DNA of 64,000 nt, taken from Eledone cirrhosa. Taxonomy: Eukaryota. This document shows, in pieces, positions 1 to 12,699 of the stretch. Positions within the stretch are counted from its first letter, which is position 1; each line of letters starts with the position of its first letter. The translations under genes were made by a program, and so were the position numbers. The notes under the pieces are model-generated. The model was given only the letters and a program-made list of their open reading frames with translations. It did not search any database and was not told the origin of the DNA. The DNA lies in NCBI GenBank assembly GCA_964016885.1, contig OZ024740.1:186434001-186498000 (forward strand), in the 5' to 3' direction.

Positions 1-827
1 ACTCTTATCCGGACTAAGTAAAAATATTCCATAGTATTATTATTTTGAGTCTTTCAATGATTAACAATCGCTTTAAAATGCATTTATAAGTAAAAAAATA
101 AAAGTTACACCAAAAAATTCAACAAGAATTATTGCAAATTATAGATAAATTAAGCAATATTTCAACATTTTTATTTCCTAAAAATAGTCCAAAATGCTTT
201 TTTGCACTCGATTGCTTGCAATTCTTTTTTCAATCAATTCCTTCGATCTCAGACGAAGTATAATTTTCAAAATTTTCAAACGATTGCATCATATAGGACC
301 GTACAGTCAACAAAGCATTTATTCCTTCTTTTCCAGAGATCTAAAATATTGATAAATGATTAAAGTTATGTTAGGTACCTATGCACATTCATATTATAAA
401 TATAAAAATAATACATACTAACCTTTGAGTAATGGATATTTTTTGAGTAATGAATAAAGCAGAGCGTTTCAAAGACATTTTTATGACACAATGAATTATT
501 ATATTTGTATTTGCATATATTAAACTTTAAATTGCTTTTAGAATGGTTGTATAAATGACATCATCGCATTTCATTTTGAATTGTTTTAAAATGGTTATGT
601 TACATTATAAGCCCAATTTACTTTACCGTATTCATTATACTCTTATTCGGATAAATTATATAGAAAATATATAAACGGGAATTGATTATGCTATACTCTG
701 ATGCGAACTATACTCTTATCCGATATACTCTTAAGCGGAGCCATGCACTGTACAAAACATAGTACATAAATTCGGGAATTGATTATGCTATACTCTTATC
801 CAATATACTTTTAAGCGGACTCAACTG
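1..827. mobile_element. Right end of a non-autonomous Tc1/mariner (pogo/Tigger-like) DNA transposon with a duplicated terminus
   Basis: Ends ...taagcggactcaactg followed by TA (828-829). A near-identical terminal block (gggaattgattatgctatactct...taagcgga...actg|ta) also ends at 750. The subterminal motif tactcttatccg recurs from position 1 onward. The left TIR is outside the window. Confidence 0.55.
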
Positions 828-828
828 T

Positions 829-915
829 ATATGCAACACACAAAAGGGGACCAAGAACAGATCCCTGCAGTACATTAGATGACATCTCGTAGGGTGAAGA
901 ATGGTGTCCTAGAAC
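829..915 (-). mobile_element. CR1/Jockey-group LINE reverse transcriptase fragment
   Basis: Minus strand translates GHHSSPYEMSSNVLQGSVLGPLLCVAY, matching the RT motif GVPQGSVLGPLLF. Confidence 0.65.
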
Positions 916-1460
916 CGATGATGATGATGCATATATTTATTTATGCATACATATATATGTATATGGACATGTCATTGCCCCTCTGTCTCCTTTTCATTTT
1001 GATTTTGTTTTCTTTACACTACCTTGTCTTTTAGAAATATAAGTTGATGTAAATAAAGCTAAATTAAAATAAAGAGACACATACAATTAAGAATAATAAT
1101 TGAAAATGTTGCAGAGTATGTTACAAAAGACCATTGACATTTAAATAACCATCTGGTTACTAATCTAACTATGAAGTGAATCAGTAACCTAACTAATGAT
1201 TTGAACAGCAATTTTGAGGGAAGGGGATTACATTAAGCTAGTCCTTGTTTAGGAGTATATTTTATTGGCCTTGGAAGAATGAAATTTGATGTCAGAATGC
1301 AAAGAGCCAAGAAAAATATTTCAACACATTTCTTCTGCCACTTTAACAATGTTGCCAGTCCAGCACTATTACCTGATTAATATTAAAACTGGAGTGAAAC
1401 TCAATGGGGTTATGTGTTTTTATTGCCCGCCTGACCCTCCAAAAGTATAACTACTCACAT

Positions 1461-1503
1461 ATACACATGCACACGCATGCACGCACGCACGCACGCACGC
1501 ACG

Positions 1504-1560
<57 letters not shown>
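1461..1560. repeat. Compound (CACG)n/(CA)n microsatellite
   Basis: Read directly from the sequence. Confidence 0.95.
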
Positions 1561-1562
<2 letters not shown>

Positions 1563-2428
1563 CATATATCATATATTTCATATATATGAAGCCAATCTCA
1601 TAGACTTTTACAAAGCACTGAGGGAATAAAGTTAATATAAAGAATGAAGTGCGCATGTGCTAGTGTATGAAATGCTATAAATTTCCTTATAAAATAGGAT
1701 AAAGACCCTTAAAGTTGCCATCAGCTACCATGAGGGAGATATGGGGTTTTATTCCTTTGTTATAGCATCTCCATGCATGAGCACTGCATTTTTTATATTA
1801 TCTTTATCCCCTCAGCACTTTGCAAAAGTCTGAGTGATCAGCTTCATACATATATATATATGTGTGTGGGGGGCGGGGGTGTATGTGTGTGCGTGTATGT
1901 ATATATATCAGAAAACCAGTTAATATTTGTCTTTCTTATACATCCTTATGTAGCAAAAGTGACAATTACTCTACATTTTCCTTTCTGTCTGTCTCTCTAT
2001 CTATCTATCTATCTTTCCCTGCCTCTCTCTCTCTTTCTTTCTTTCTGTCCTTCCTCCTTTCCTGTCTTTTGTTGCAAATAACTCTTGTTCAATTTTATCC
2101 TTAAGCACTAAGATGTTACTTTGAAAATCAATATAAACAGAGGTTTTCTCATTAAGTACAGATTTGGCAATTTCAACTAGTTTCAGTGAAACCTTATGGC
2201 TATTTGAAAACTATCTTTAACAGCGTTTCATTTTCTTTTATTTTTGTATTCTCATTTACTGGGTTGGGGATTGCTATGTGGGTTTTTATAGGTTATCGCA
2301 ATGTTTTGGTTATATTGCAAATGTATTTCAATTGAATCCAGGAATTGCAGTGTGTGTATGTATATAAACATATATACACACATGTGTTTGCATGTGTATA
2401 TGTATATATATTTATAAATATATATAGT

Positions 2429-2480
2429 CCCACCCTTGCAAGCAGGGAAAAGCGGACGTAAAATGATGATGATGATGATG
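2429..2480 (+). mobile_element. RTE-type LINE/SINE 3' terminus with (GAT)n tail
   Basis: cccacccttgcaagcagggaaaagcggacgtaaaa(tga)n. The same terminus recurs at about 39037, 46206 and, reversed, 28520, where it caps an RTE ORF fragment. Confidence 0.75.
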
Positions 2481-2657
2481 ATATATACATACATATACAC
2501 ATGCAAACACACGTGTTTGCATGTGTATATGTATAAAAATATATATATATATACATACATATACACATGCAAACACACATGTGCGTATGTGTATATATAT
2601 GCATATATATATATATACATACATATACACATGCAAACACACGTGTGTATGTGTATA

Positions 2658-2699
<42 letters not shown>

Positions 2700-2829
2700 T
2701 TAATATATATAGATATGCATATAAATAAATAAATATATATATATATATGTATATAAATAAATAAATATATATATATATATGTATATAAATAATTAAATAT
2801 ATATATATATATATGTATATAAATAATTA

Positions 2830-2867
<38 letters not shown>

Positions 2868-3316
2868 TATATATATATATATGTATATAAATAAATAAAT
2901 ATATATATATAAATAAATAAATATATATATATATATGTATATAAATAAATAAATATATATATATAAATAAATAAATATATATATATATGTATATAAATAA
3001 TTATATATATATATATATATATATGTATATAAATAATTATATATATATATATATATGTATATAAATAAATATATATATATATATATATATGTATATAAAT
3101 AAATAAATATATATATATATATATGTATATAAATAAATAAATATATATATATATATGTATATAAATAAATATATATATATATATATGTATAAATAAATAA
3201 ATATATATATATATGTATATAAATAAATAAATATATATATATATATATATGTATATAAATAAATAAATATATATATATATATATGTATATAAATAAATAA
3301 ATATATACATATATAT
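2481..3316. repeat. (TA)n-derived micro/minisatellite with recurring gtatataaataaataaa(ta)n unit
   Basis: Read directly; explains the IYIY ORFs at 2252-3447. Confidence 0.95.
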
Positions 3317-3572
3317 GTAGATAAATCTACCAAAAGTTTACGGTATTTCTGAAGACAGCATATATATGTGTTGGTATGTATATTCTCTTTGATAGTTTGT
3401 ATAATTTTGTACATAGATCTTTTGAATATGCATGCCAATTCTAACACATATATGTCCTAGAAATGATCGTTAAATAATGAACTTTTTTTGTTTAATATAA
3501 GGAACTGTTTCATTGTTTTATTCATTATTTTTTTAATATTTTATATACATATATATGTATATAAATAAATAA

Positions 3573-3606
<34 letters not shown>

Positions 3607-3849
3607 CCCACTGATTCTTTCCATACACAAAGTATTCCCCCTGATTTGTCATCTCCCTGGTCTTAGTACTGCAGACAATATATATATATATATACACATA
3701 CACGCACATACATACATACATTCATACATAGTGCCTGCCAACTCGTTTTCGAGTACGGCCACTACTTTATATCCATGTAAGAGAACCCCTACCGATGCAC
3801 TGAACGAGTGTGGATTTTTAGTCCAGCCAGCGACTTGAAAACTCTGGTA

Positions 3850-4112
3850 CAAACACTACCCTTGTGACAATCATTGACACATAGTGCTGGGCCCATGGTA
3901 CCATGTGACGACAAGTGCAGAGAGATCTCCAGATATAAAGCAATGCCTGTGCCGTGAAGCTTTTATAGTGAGCAAAGGCACTGCACAAAGCCAGTCCCAC
4001 TCTCTTAACCAAGATGATATTTACCAAAAAGAAGAACAAGTCAACATCATTGGATACCATCAGGGTTGCAGGTCTTATATCAGAGTTTTCCTTCTCCTAG
4101 AATTCTGCCATA
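3850..4112 (-). mobile_element. RTE-type LINE 5' UTR-like fragment
   Basis: Minus strand carries ggcagaattctaggagaaggaaaactctgatataagacc, resembling the ctaggagaaggaaaactctga motif I recall from RTE 5' regions. Confidence 0.45.
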
Positions 4113-4549
4113 CATACATACATACATATGTATATCTAAGTACTTGCTTATAACATTGTATTTCAAAGCAATTTAGTCACTGAGTTTTTCTTCAAGTTCA
4201 TAACATTCTTCTCTGTCATTCTTGTATTGTCCATAATGTAGACTCTTTCTCTTTAAATTCTGAGTTCATATCCTGCTGAGATCAACTTTCTCCTTCGTAC
4301 TTTTGTGGTCAATAAAATAAAATACCAGTCATGTTGTAGGCTCAAGTTCATACTTTTGTCTAAATTAAAATGCATGTACGGTTCTGTAACTCCTGATGGA
4401 TTTGTAAGAGTGCCTTATTGACATGCAGTATTGCTTGGGCACTTTTAAACCTGGTGGAGCCCAATCTTCTCTATGTCTGAACAAAGAATATTTCCTCCAG
4501 GGAAGGATAGAGAGTGAGTGAATGAAATTGAAAAAGAGATATAGAGGAA

Positions 4550-4712
4550 GAATTGACTCTAGTACTTGACTGGCACTTTTTTTTTATCAACCTCAGATGA
4601 ATGAAAGGCAAAGTTGACCGCGGTAGGATTTGAACTCAGAGAACAGTCAGCCAAAACAAGTACCGCAAAGCATTCTATCCAACGTTCTAACAACTCTACT
4701 AATTCACAGCCT
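4550..4712 (-). mobile_element. Degenerate tRNA-derived SINE (family A)
   Basis: Contains gatgaatgaaaggcaaagttgaccgcggtaggatttgaactcag (B-box on the minus strand), matching copies at 8122, 29205 and 50395. A plus-strand fragment lies at about 4255-4330. Confidence 0.75.
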
Positions 4713-5184
4713 CTAAATTAGAAACACTGTGTCATATTGTGAAAGTAGGAGCATGTAAAAGTCTCATACAGGGAGAGTTAAGATGTGAGCTGAAGCGGGA
4801 TTACTGAAAGAAGTTGTAGGCAAAATGTGAGCTACAAAGGCAAAGAATACTTGCAAATATGCACACACATATACAAAGGCAAATACATATGCCATTTGTA
4901 CAAAGTCACATTTTTCTTCCTTTTTTTCACTCAAAGAATAAACCTAATTTAAAATATATTCCTTTTCTCAAATTTTTTTGTTTCCTCTTTTTTTAAACTG
5001 CTGCTATATTTTAATACTATATTTGTAGTATATATCAAATTCCTCATTTTTTTCACTCTGTAGAGAAATATGTAAGTTTGTCATGTATTGATATTTATTG
5101 AATATTTATAATGTTACAGGCATAGTATATATATATATATCAATTTATATATATTAATACATTCATACATTTTTATTAATTTAC

Positions 5185-6100
5185 CTGCCAGGAGTTGCAA
5201 CTGGTAAATAGTGTCAGTGATGGAAAGACCAAGGGAAACATTGTTTCCTTAGTCTGATTTGACAAGTTCCACCCAACTCAGTAAGTGAATGAGGTCTAGG
5301 ATCTTGTCGATCAAATACTATATTATTTTACCTAGTTTTATAAACAATATTAAACATGTACTTCCAATTTTACCTGGCTTAGAACAGATAATATTCTAGA
5401 ATCTATACATAACATGTCCACAAAACCTTTTTCCTACAAAACTGTTAATTATAAAGAAATTCATATGAATTTTATGATGGATAATATTCTGTTCAGTATT
5501 TCAGGATGTGGCTGCTATTTCTATCAACAATAACTATGCATATCAGCTGAATACGTATATATATATATAGGCTACAAGAAGCATGAGGGAGGAGGAAAGC
5601 ATTATCAAACATACCAGCAACATTGTCCAGCAATGCACTCACTTTTGCACGATTTGTGGAATTCCTTGCAAATCCTTGGCAGGAGTAACATGTCACACCT
5701 GACAAAAAATATCCAAACTGAATAGGTTGTTTGGATTTTCATACATCAAAATCGGTGGACGAGTCCATCATGAATATATATTATAAGTTTGACTTATTTT
5801 GGCATTACCAAATGATTTCATTGGTATAAATATGAACAGCTCTTCCAGAGGCAATCAAAAACCAAATGAAATTTGAAATGGAGAAGCTGGGATCTGGAGT
5901 TTTAGGGTATATAGTGTTACATCTATTGTAACACAAAATGACAACATGGCAGTTGATTGTTCTATACCATCTGATCCCACACAGTTGATAGTGAGTTATT
6001 AATAAACTCCACCTAATCTTGTGTATGTGCACAGTGGACAACCCCCCACCCTCAAATTGGCATATTAAAAGATTTCTTACAAACAATTGCCAGCACATAC
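5185..6100 (-). pseudogene. Candidate decayed CCCH zinc-finger coding region (ZC3H7-like module)
   Basis: Segment 5698-5615 (84 nt) has a good acceptor (ttttttgtcag) and donor (CTG|gtatgt) and reads CDMLLLPRICKEFHKSCKSECIAGQCC, with CCCH-type C-x2-G-x2-C spacing. Downstream (about 5300-5185) reads PRPHSLTEL then, after a frameshift, WNL, ending at donor CAG|gtaaat. Upstream pieces read DCLWKS and H-(D)-WTRPPIL. Frameshifts and stops are needed to join them. Confidence 0.4.
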
Positions 6101-6199
6101 ACCAGATGAATGACTCGGCTTAAGCTCAACCAAATGCATGCTAGTAACAGAGTTGATGATGATACAAAGATACATAAAAGTTAAATCTCTCTGCTGTGC

Positions 6200-7165
6200 A
6201 TACATGCATATATGTTGGTTACTGATGTCACCAATCTGAGATCAGTAGATCGACCACAGCTGCTGCAGGGAAATGTCTGTGTTGTGCTTGGCTCTGCCCT
6301 TACACAGCCCTTCTACCAGGCTCTCCTCTCCTCCAGTCTGACATGAAGGGTTGCCTCAAATATGTTGGTAGCCTGCTGGAGGGTACAGTAGAAATGCACT
6401 GCATTCAACAGCCTGGGTGGTTTACAGGTGGGGGTCGAAGTTATATATTTTTCAGGGACATTTTTAGGAAACCTTTATACAACTTCTTGGGTGCACCAGT
6501 TTTGACAGCCAGAAGACAATCCTCTGTAGAGTACAATCTTTGGCAGGTGATGGTCCGTCATTCTGGAGACATGTCCCACTCAATACTGCTGTGTTTGCAT
6601 AAGATTGGCCTCGATACTGGGGTTCTTGACTTTCTCAAGGTTCTCGGTGTTGGTGATATAGTCACTCCAGTGGATGTTTAATATGGTGTTCACACAACAT
6701 TGGTGGAATCTCTCCAGTAAACATGTGTGACAATGATACAAGACACATGACTCAGAGCTGTATAAGAGAGTGGTAATGAATACAAACCTGTAAATGCTGG
6801 GCTTTGTCTCTGTTTTGAGGTTGTTATTTCTCCATACCTTCTTATTAAGTCTCCCAAAGACACTACTGGCTTTGGCTAGTCTGTTGTCCAATTCTTAGTC
6901 AATTCTAGTATCAGTAGAAACGACACTCCCAAGATATTGGAACTGCTGCACAACATTCAGCCTGGCCTGTTTGATAGAAATATTTGGTGGATGCTATACA
7001 TACTGAGAAGCAGGCTGGTGGAGGACTTCAGTTTTCTTACAAGCTGTCTTTTAGGTCAAAAATGTCAAAAGCATTTGCGAAGCATGAAGTGAGGTGATAC
7101 ATGACTCTTTCAGTGTGTGCAACAAGTGCAGCACCATCTGCAAATAGGGGCTCTCAGATCATTTT
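6200..7165 (-). mobile_element. RTE (BovB-like) LINE 3' portion, degenerate
   Basis: ORF 6580-6891 DNRLAKASSVFGRLNKKVW...LLYSSE...LERFHQCC...IHWSDYITN is typical RTE C-terminal sequence; LFADGAAL (degenerate FADD motif) near 7130-7150. Confidence 0.9.
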
Positions 7166-8121
7166 TTCAGAGAGATCAGAATAATATTAACATTGAACCT
7201 GTAGCCACCCCTGAACACTGCATACATTTAGGCAAATTTCCCCAGAAAAAGACAAATTATTTTCTCTATTATATAGATAGATAAAATTGAATTTTGTTGA
7301 TTAATCTAGGTTATGCATGAAATTCTAGAAAATTGGAATGAATAAAGCCATATTTTATCAGCTGGTGATATATTAAATATATACAAATTCATGATTATAT
7401 ATGACTTCAATGTTTAATATATTTTTCTGATATGGCATTCACACACACACACACGTGTGTATGTGTATATATATATATTTTTATATATATATTACACATA
7501 CACATATATACATATACACACGTACATATGTATATATATGAGTATTTTAATTCAGGTTTCTTTTTCTACTTTGGTTGAAGATTCCACTTTGAATGAAGCA
7601 GTAAATTCTAAAGTGTATTGAAAGGTAGCTTTTATTAAATATAACGAAACAAACACTCGATAAATTATACTCTTTTCTGAGCACTATAGTTTCATCAGGG
7701 TCCCAAATGATTTTCTGCTTTTTTTTTTTTTTTTTGTTTTCTTTATCAGGAATACATCACTACTGTTGTAAATGACAAATTTGTTATTTGAAATAAATTT
7801 TACCTATTTTTATTTACAGCATTGTTGCTGAATTTAATGACTAATATGCAATACTTTGAATCATCATTTGACATTTTAAAGTTAAAAGTAATTTATAAAA
7901 TATAATTCTACATACCACACTAAATTCTTTTTGTTATAAAATCTTTTGAAATTGTCAGTAAAGAAAAATAAAGATATAACTTTTCATATTTTCAATAATG
8001 AAAAGCAGAAACAAAACTGATTGGCTCAATGACAAATCTATAGATCCAACAAAAGTATTCAATACATATGGACATAAGGATTTATTGTATGTGAACAATA
8101 TAAGGAAAGTAATACGTATTC

Positions 8122-8308
8122 AATAATTGTTTCTACTTTTGGCACAAGGCCAGCAATTACCCAGTGCATTACTGGTACTTTATTTTATCGACCCCGTAAG
8201 GATGAAAAGCAAAGTTAACCTCGGCGAGATTTGAACTCAGATCATACAGGGAGGTAGCTCTATGCTTCAAAGCATGGCGTCCGACCCTCTACCGGTACTG
8301 CCAATCCC
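8122..8308 (-). mobile_element. tRNA-derived SINE (family A), near full length
   Basis: Minus strand shows an A-box-like head, B-box gagttcaaatc, core ggggtcgataaaataaagtaccag and tail ggccttgtgccaaaagtagaaacaattatt. Confidence 0.85.
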
Positions 8309-8516
8309 AATAATAAAAGTATTAATAAAGTACTGTTTCACTTTCTGAAAATGTATAATGCTGTTTCAATTTCTTAAAGGTGAAAAGGCAATCAGAAAAT
8401 GCAAACAAGCCCACCTAGGACATGACTCCTAAATGTCCTCCTGCTATTTTTTCATCCAGTGGGTGATATTGTTTACCATTCCTGTGGTTTACACCACTTG
8501 GCCACTAACACCATTG

Positions 8517-8697
8517 GTAGAACTAACACTTCATATCTATTTAAACAGCAATCAATGTTTGCAACTTGATGTATCCTAACTTAGTTCCAGTTATCATTAC
8601 TATTTGACCATGGGGAAGACAACTGGAACTAAGTTAGGATACATCAAGTTGTGAACATTGATTACTGTTTAAATGAATGTGAAGTGTTAGTTCTACT
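8517..8697. repeat. Fold-back inverted repeat, arms about 75 bp, loop about 27 nt
   Basis: tagaactaacacttca...caacttgatgtatcctaacttagttccagtt pairs with aactggaactaagttaggatacatcaagttg...tgaagtgttagttcta. Confidence 0.92.
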
Positions 8698-9159
8698 AAT
8701 TGTCTTTTTGGTTGGGTGGTATATTTATATAGATAATTATTATGTGAATTGGAAATGTCAATCATATCTTATCAGCCACATGTACTCAGCCCAGATCAGT
8801 ATACATAGAAACTGAAGAAAACTGGTGAATATCAACAATGAGAATCAGGGAATATTCCTTATATTAAAAACATACCATATGTAATATAATGAGTAGTGTA
8901 ACTTTAACTGTAAATATCCTTGCAATTGGAAGAAGAGCCTCTTCTAATATGATCGAAATATGTAAATAGTTTTCATCAGTTGGCTTAATGATATGCTTCA
9001 CTCTAAATCCCATTGACTTTATTTTCTCAAAGTTTTTCAGTTCAATATTACAGTTAAGTAAATATAAATAAATTTATATATATTGTTTAAAAATTCAATA
9101 ATTCTCATACGCTATCTACATGATAACAGTAACGACATCAGTATCAACATATTAGCATT

Positions 9160-9610
9160 AAAAGGTAAAGAAAACACATGCATTGATAAGGCCTGGGTGC
9201 CATCAAGAAGTTATTTCTAGTATAGAAATCTAGACTTCCAGACAACATGAAAAGGACCCTCTTTCAAGCAACTGTTACTGCTATTGTACTGTATGGCTAC
9301 TCAGCATGGACCCTTACCTCAAAATGGAAAAGAAGATCAGATGGAACCTACATGCTAAGAGTGACTTTGAATGTCACTTGGAGAGAGAAATTATCTGACC
9401 AATGAACTGCTATATGGCAACCTTCATCCAGTCTCAGACATAATCAAAGAGCATAAGGTCAGATTCACAAGGCATTGCTGGGAGAGTTTTCTTTTGTGGG
9501 AAGAGCTAGTACAAGCCAAGACCTGTATCAAACATATTTGTTATGACATAAACTGCAGTCCCTCTGATCTGCCGAACTATAGAACTGGGAGTCTGTGCAA
9601 GCAGTGTGAC
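9160..9610 (+). mobile_element. RTE/RTE-X LINE fragment
   Basis: Translates IDKAW...KSRLPDNMKRTLFQATVTAIVLYGYSAWTLT, then LTNELLYGNLHPVSDIIKEHKVRFTRHCW. Confidence 0.8.
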
Positions 9611-10399
9611 AAATTGATTGAGTGTTTGAAAATAAAATATATAGTGAGAAGAAAAAACAATATTAATCTATGAATAAAATTATTCTTTTCATTTTTCAAT
9701 ATGTGCAAGAGATACCTCAAAATAAGTTTATGCCTTAATTAGCTATCATCAGCAGACATAACTTCATAACTGAAATTCTCTAGAGTAGCATGGAACCAAC
9801 TTTCTAGATATCTATTCCAATTATATTCCTTGACCATGTGATATCCTAAACAGCTTCATAGAAAAAGCTTCTCGTGACTGATTAACTTATGCTTAATCTA
9901 CTCAGTCTAACTCACCTATTTGGAGTTAACTGTTGATTAAAACTTAATCCAAAGTAGCCTGCCACCATATGGTGGCTGTTAATTTTTAGACCCAGGTCAC
10001 CTCTTATCAAGCAGACCTATGATCAAAGATTTTCTAGCTTCGACCATTCTGCTTTTCATATATTCACCGACTTCATCAAAAGGAATTAATTAAAGGTTAA
10101 CTTGAATTTTTCCAGTGTATATATGTGTGTGGGTGTATACTGAGAAAGGTATATTTAGTGTTGAACTTCCACATGGATATCTTTTGGGATCATAGGATTT
10201 TCTGCTAGCTAATATACCATGACTCACTCCCACATTTCCCTTCTGACCATTCTCTTCTTACCATCTTAATACCACCATTCTATTTTCCTCTTGTTTTGTT
10301 AATCCATCTTGTCTCCTCTCCCCTTACTTTCCACCTGTGTGTTTTTGCCTCTTCTTTCCACCACCTCACATCTTTTAATGGATCTGTTATTTTTCCTTA

Positions 10400-10580
10400 A
10401 AATTTTTTTTATGCCCTACCCTTCTCCTCAATCTTTCTAGTTCCTCTTTAATTTCTTATTTTGTCTTCTGATGAAGGACTAGCTTCCAAAACGTTTTTCC
10501 TACTATATCAAGCATAAAACTAATAATAGATTTCTTCAATGTACTGTGTCGTTTGCTTTGTTATTTTTGTTTTCATTTTG
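10400..10580 (+). mobile_element. Penelope-type terminal repeat with decayed hammerhead core
   Basis: ctgatga-aggactagcttcc-aaaacgtt at 10468. A homologous copy at 24265 (ctgatga-aggacttgcatct-gaaaagtta) has the same downstream sequence (tcaagc...taata...atgtactgt). Confidence 0.55.
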
Positions 10581-10581
10581 C

Positions 10582-10622
<41 letters not shown>

Positions 10623-12650
10623 CGTGTGCGTGTGTGTGTGTGTGATAGACATTTTTTGTCTACTAATTTTTATCCACAAAACTATCATAGAAAATACTTA
10701 GCAAATGTACTGAACATTAAGATCAAACCCAGAATCATGTGTTTGCAATGTGCACTTTCCTAACTGCACAGCCATGCATATGTTCATGGTAATGATATAT
10801 GAACCACTGAGCTAATATCTTTGGCAAGCTAAGCAAGCAGGCAATGAAGCTGATATTCTAATGGCATCCCTTTTCCTGCAATAAGTTATAAGTGAATTTT
10901 GGGTCATCATACTACTTGCTCATAGATATAGAACTAACTAACCAATATTTGTGTGTATGCATGCATTTTATATGCTTATATGTGCATCTATGTATAGTGT
11001 ATATAAGAATGTGCATATGTGGATGATTGGTGTAAAAGAAAATGAGAGGAAGAGAAAACAAAAGATAGAGTGAAAGAGAGAAAAATAGATAGATAAAAGA
11101 AAAAAGTAAGAAAGTATTTTTTTTTTCTGACAGAAAGCAATAAAAACAAAAGTAAAGAGACTGCTATGTCATTGTTATAAATGGAAGGAAAAAATGGAGA
11201 CTACAAAACAAAAAAAGTGTTGATATAAAAGAATGGTGTGGGTAGTTTGGGTTCCTTTTTTGTTTCCTGCTTTATTTCATCATTGTTGTTATTATTATTA
11301 TCCTTCTCTTTTTCTTTCTTTCGTGCAAGATGAAGTTTGTAACAGTTCAGTTATTTGACTGTATAAAGTTGAATGAGATAACTTAGAAAATGTTCTATTA
11401 TATATAGAAGTAGAAGAAGAACACAGACACTATTTTGATTAAGTGAATGACTGGGATGTTTTCCAGCTAATAAACTGCAGTAAATGCTTGGCTAGACTAA
11501 AATAAGGATTACTTTTTAATAACAGAAATGTCACTTAGGAGAAATAATTCAATAACGTAAATTTTTATTGTCTTTCTTTGTTTTATTTTTATCTTTATCT
11601 TTATTTTATCTTTTTTCCTCTTCTTTCTTCATATTACTCAGAGAATTGTATGCTAGCTTGAACAATCATGCTTATATTTTATCTCTGTGAGTTTGAAGAC
11701 AACGTTTATTTCATTTTAAGAAAGTCTAATCTGGTCGATTTTGGACTGGTTTGGACTGGTTTGTGCTGGTTTTGGTCAGATCTGGCCTAAACATGTGATT
11801 TGCTTTTCAGTTTATAAGAAATGCTACAAACAACATTCCTCCGTTCTGTTATGTTCTGCCATAGTAATGGAGAAATACAGCAATTTTGAAATGTTAAAGA
11901 GAGATTTTGCTGTGGTAGGTGATGGGGTTCAGGAGTGGGAGCAGTAGACAGTTCAATTAATTGAAAGTGCTAAAAATGATGGCCAAGGTAGGTGTAGAGA
12001 GTGGAGGGGCCTATCGTGTCAAGAGGTCAAGGGTTCATATCATGTCAGTGGCACAGCATTGTGTCAATGGCAAAAAACCAAGAAAGTTAATTTTCAAAGG
12101 GTCTAGTTTATCTAACTGTAAATGTGTACTGCATAACCCAATAAGGACACCTTAGTATTATTGCTTTACAGGCTAGAAATAGAAGAGATATCTCCTTCAA
12201 AACATACTTTACTATCTTTAAAATGGATTGTATAATGTTGTCCTACAAACGTCTGAAAATAGAAAATATGATAGTTATAGCATGGAATGCATTTGATCAT
12301 AGATGTGCTAGGAAGAAATTGCAGCCAAATTTCCTTCAAAATAAGTCCTACCACCTTAGAGAGCACATTGGATAATGTGTTCTGATTTCAAACAGGCACT
12401 GGTACTTGATTGTGATTTATTTTATCTTGCATGAGTGTGTGTTTATGAGTGTGGGCATGTGGGTGTGTATGTGTGTGGGTATATGACACACACACACACA
12501 CACACATATATCTATCTATCTCTCTCTTTATATAGTAATAAAAAAAATCAAAGAACAAAATCTGAAGAGGGCTCCATAAAGATTGTATATATATAAAAAT
12601 ATATATAAACCCGTAGAGCAAATATTTATTATTTGTAAAGATTAAAATTG

Positions 12651-12699
12651 AAGCAAAGAATTTCTGCTTTCACAGGGTGAAAGCAGAAATTCTTTGTTT
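12651..12699. repeat. Near-perfect hairpin, 23-bp stem, 3-nt loop
   Basis: aagcaaagaatttctgctttcac-agg-gtgaaagcagaaattctttgttt, with one G.U wobble. Confidence 0.92.

Noticed and set aside
2252-3447. Long IYIY/VCVC ORFs here and at 17-18, 20, 37-38 and 45-47 kb
   Set aside because: Translations of (TA)n, (CA)n and (CATA)n microsatellites with no coding signal.
5615-5698. Alternative frame VTCYSCQG as a Ly6/quiver-type exon
   Set aside because: No further three-finger cysteines or CCxxDxCN exon found; the CCCH frame has supporting neighbours. Not fully excluded.
5840-5990. Plus-strand LPEAIKNQMKFEMEKLG as a gypsy RT fragment
   Set aside because: Only a loose resemblance with no catalytic motifs; the minus-strand CCCH reading explains more of the region.
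7557-7843. Plus-strand micro-exon candidates with good acceptors
   Set aside because: Short, stop-containing and with no recognisable product; such sites arise by chance in T-rich DNA.
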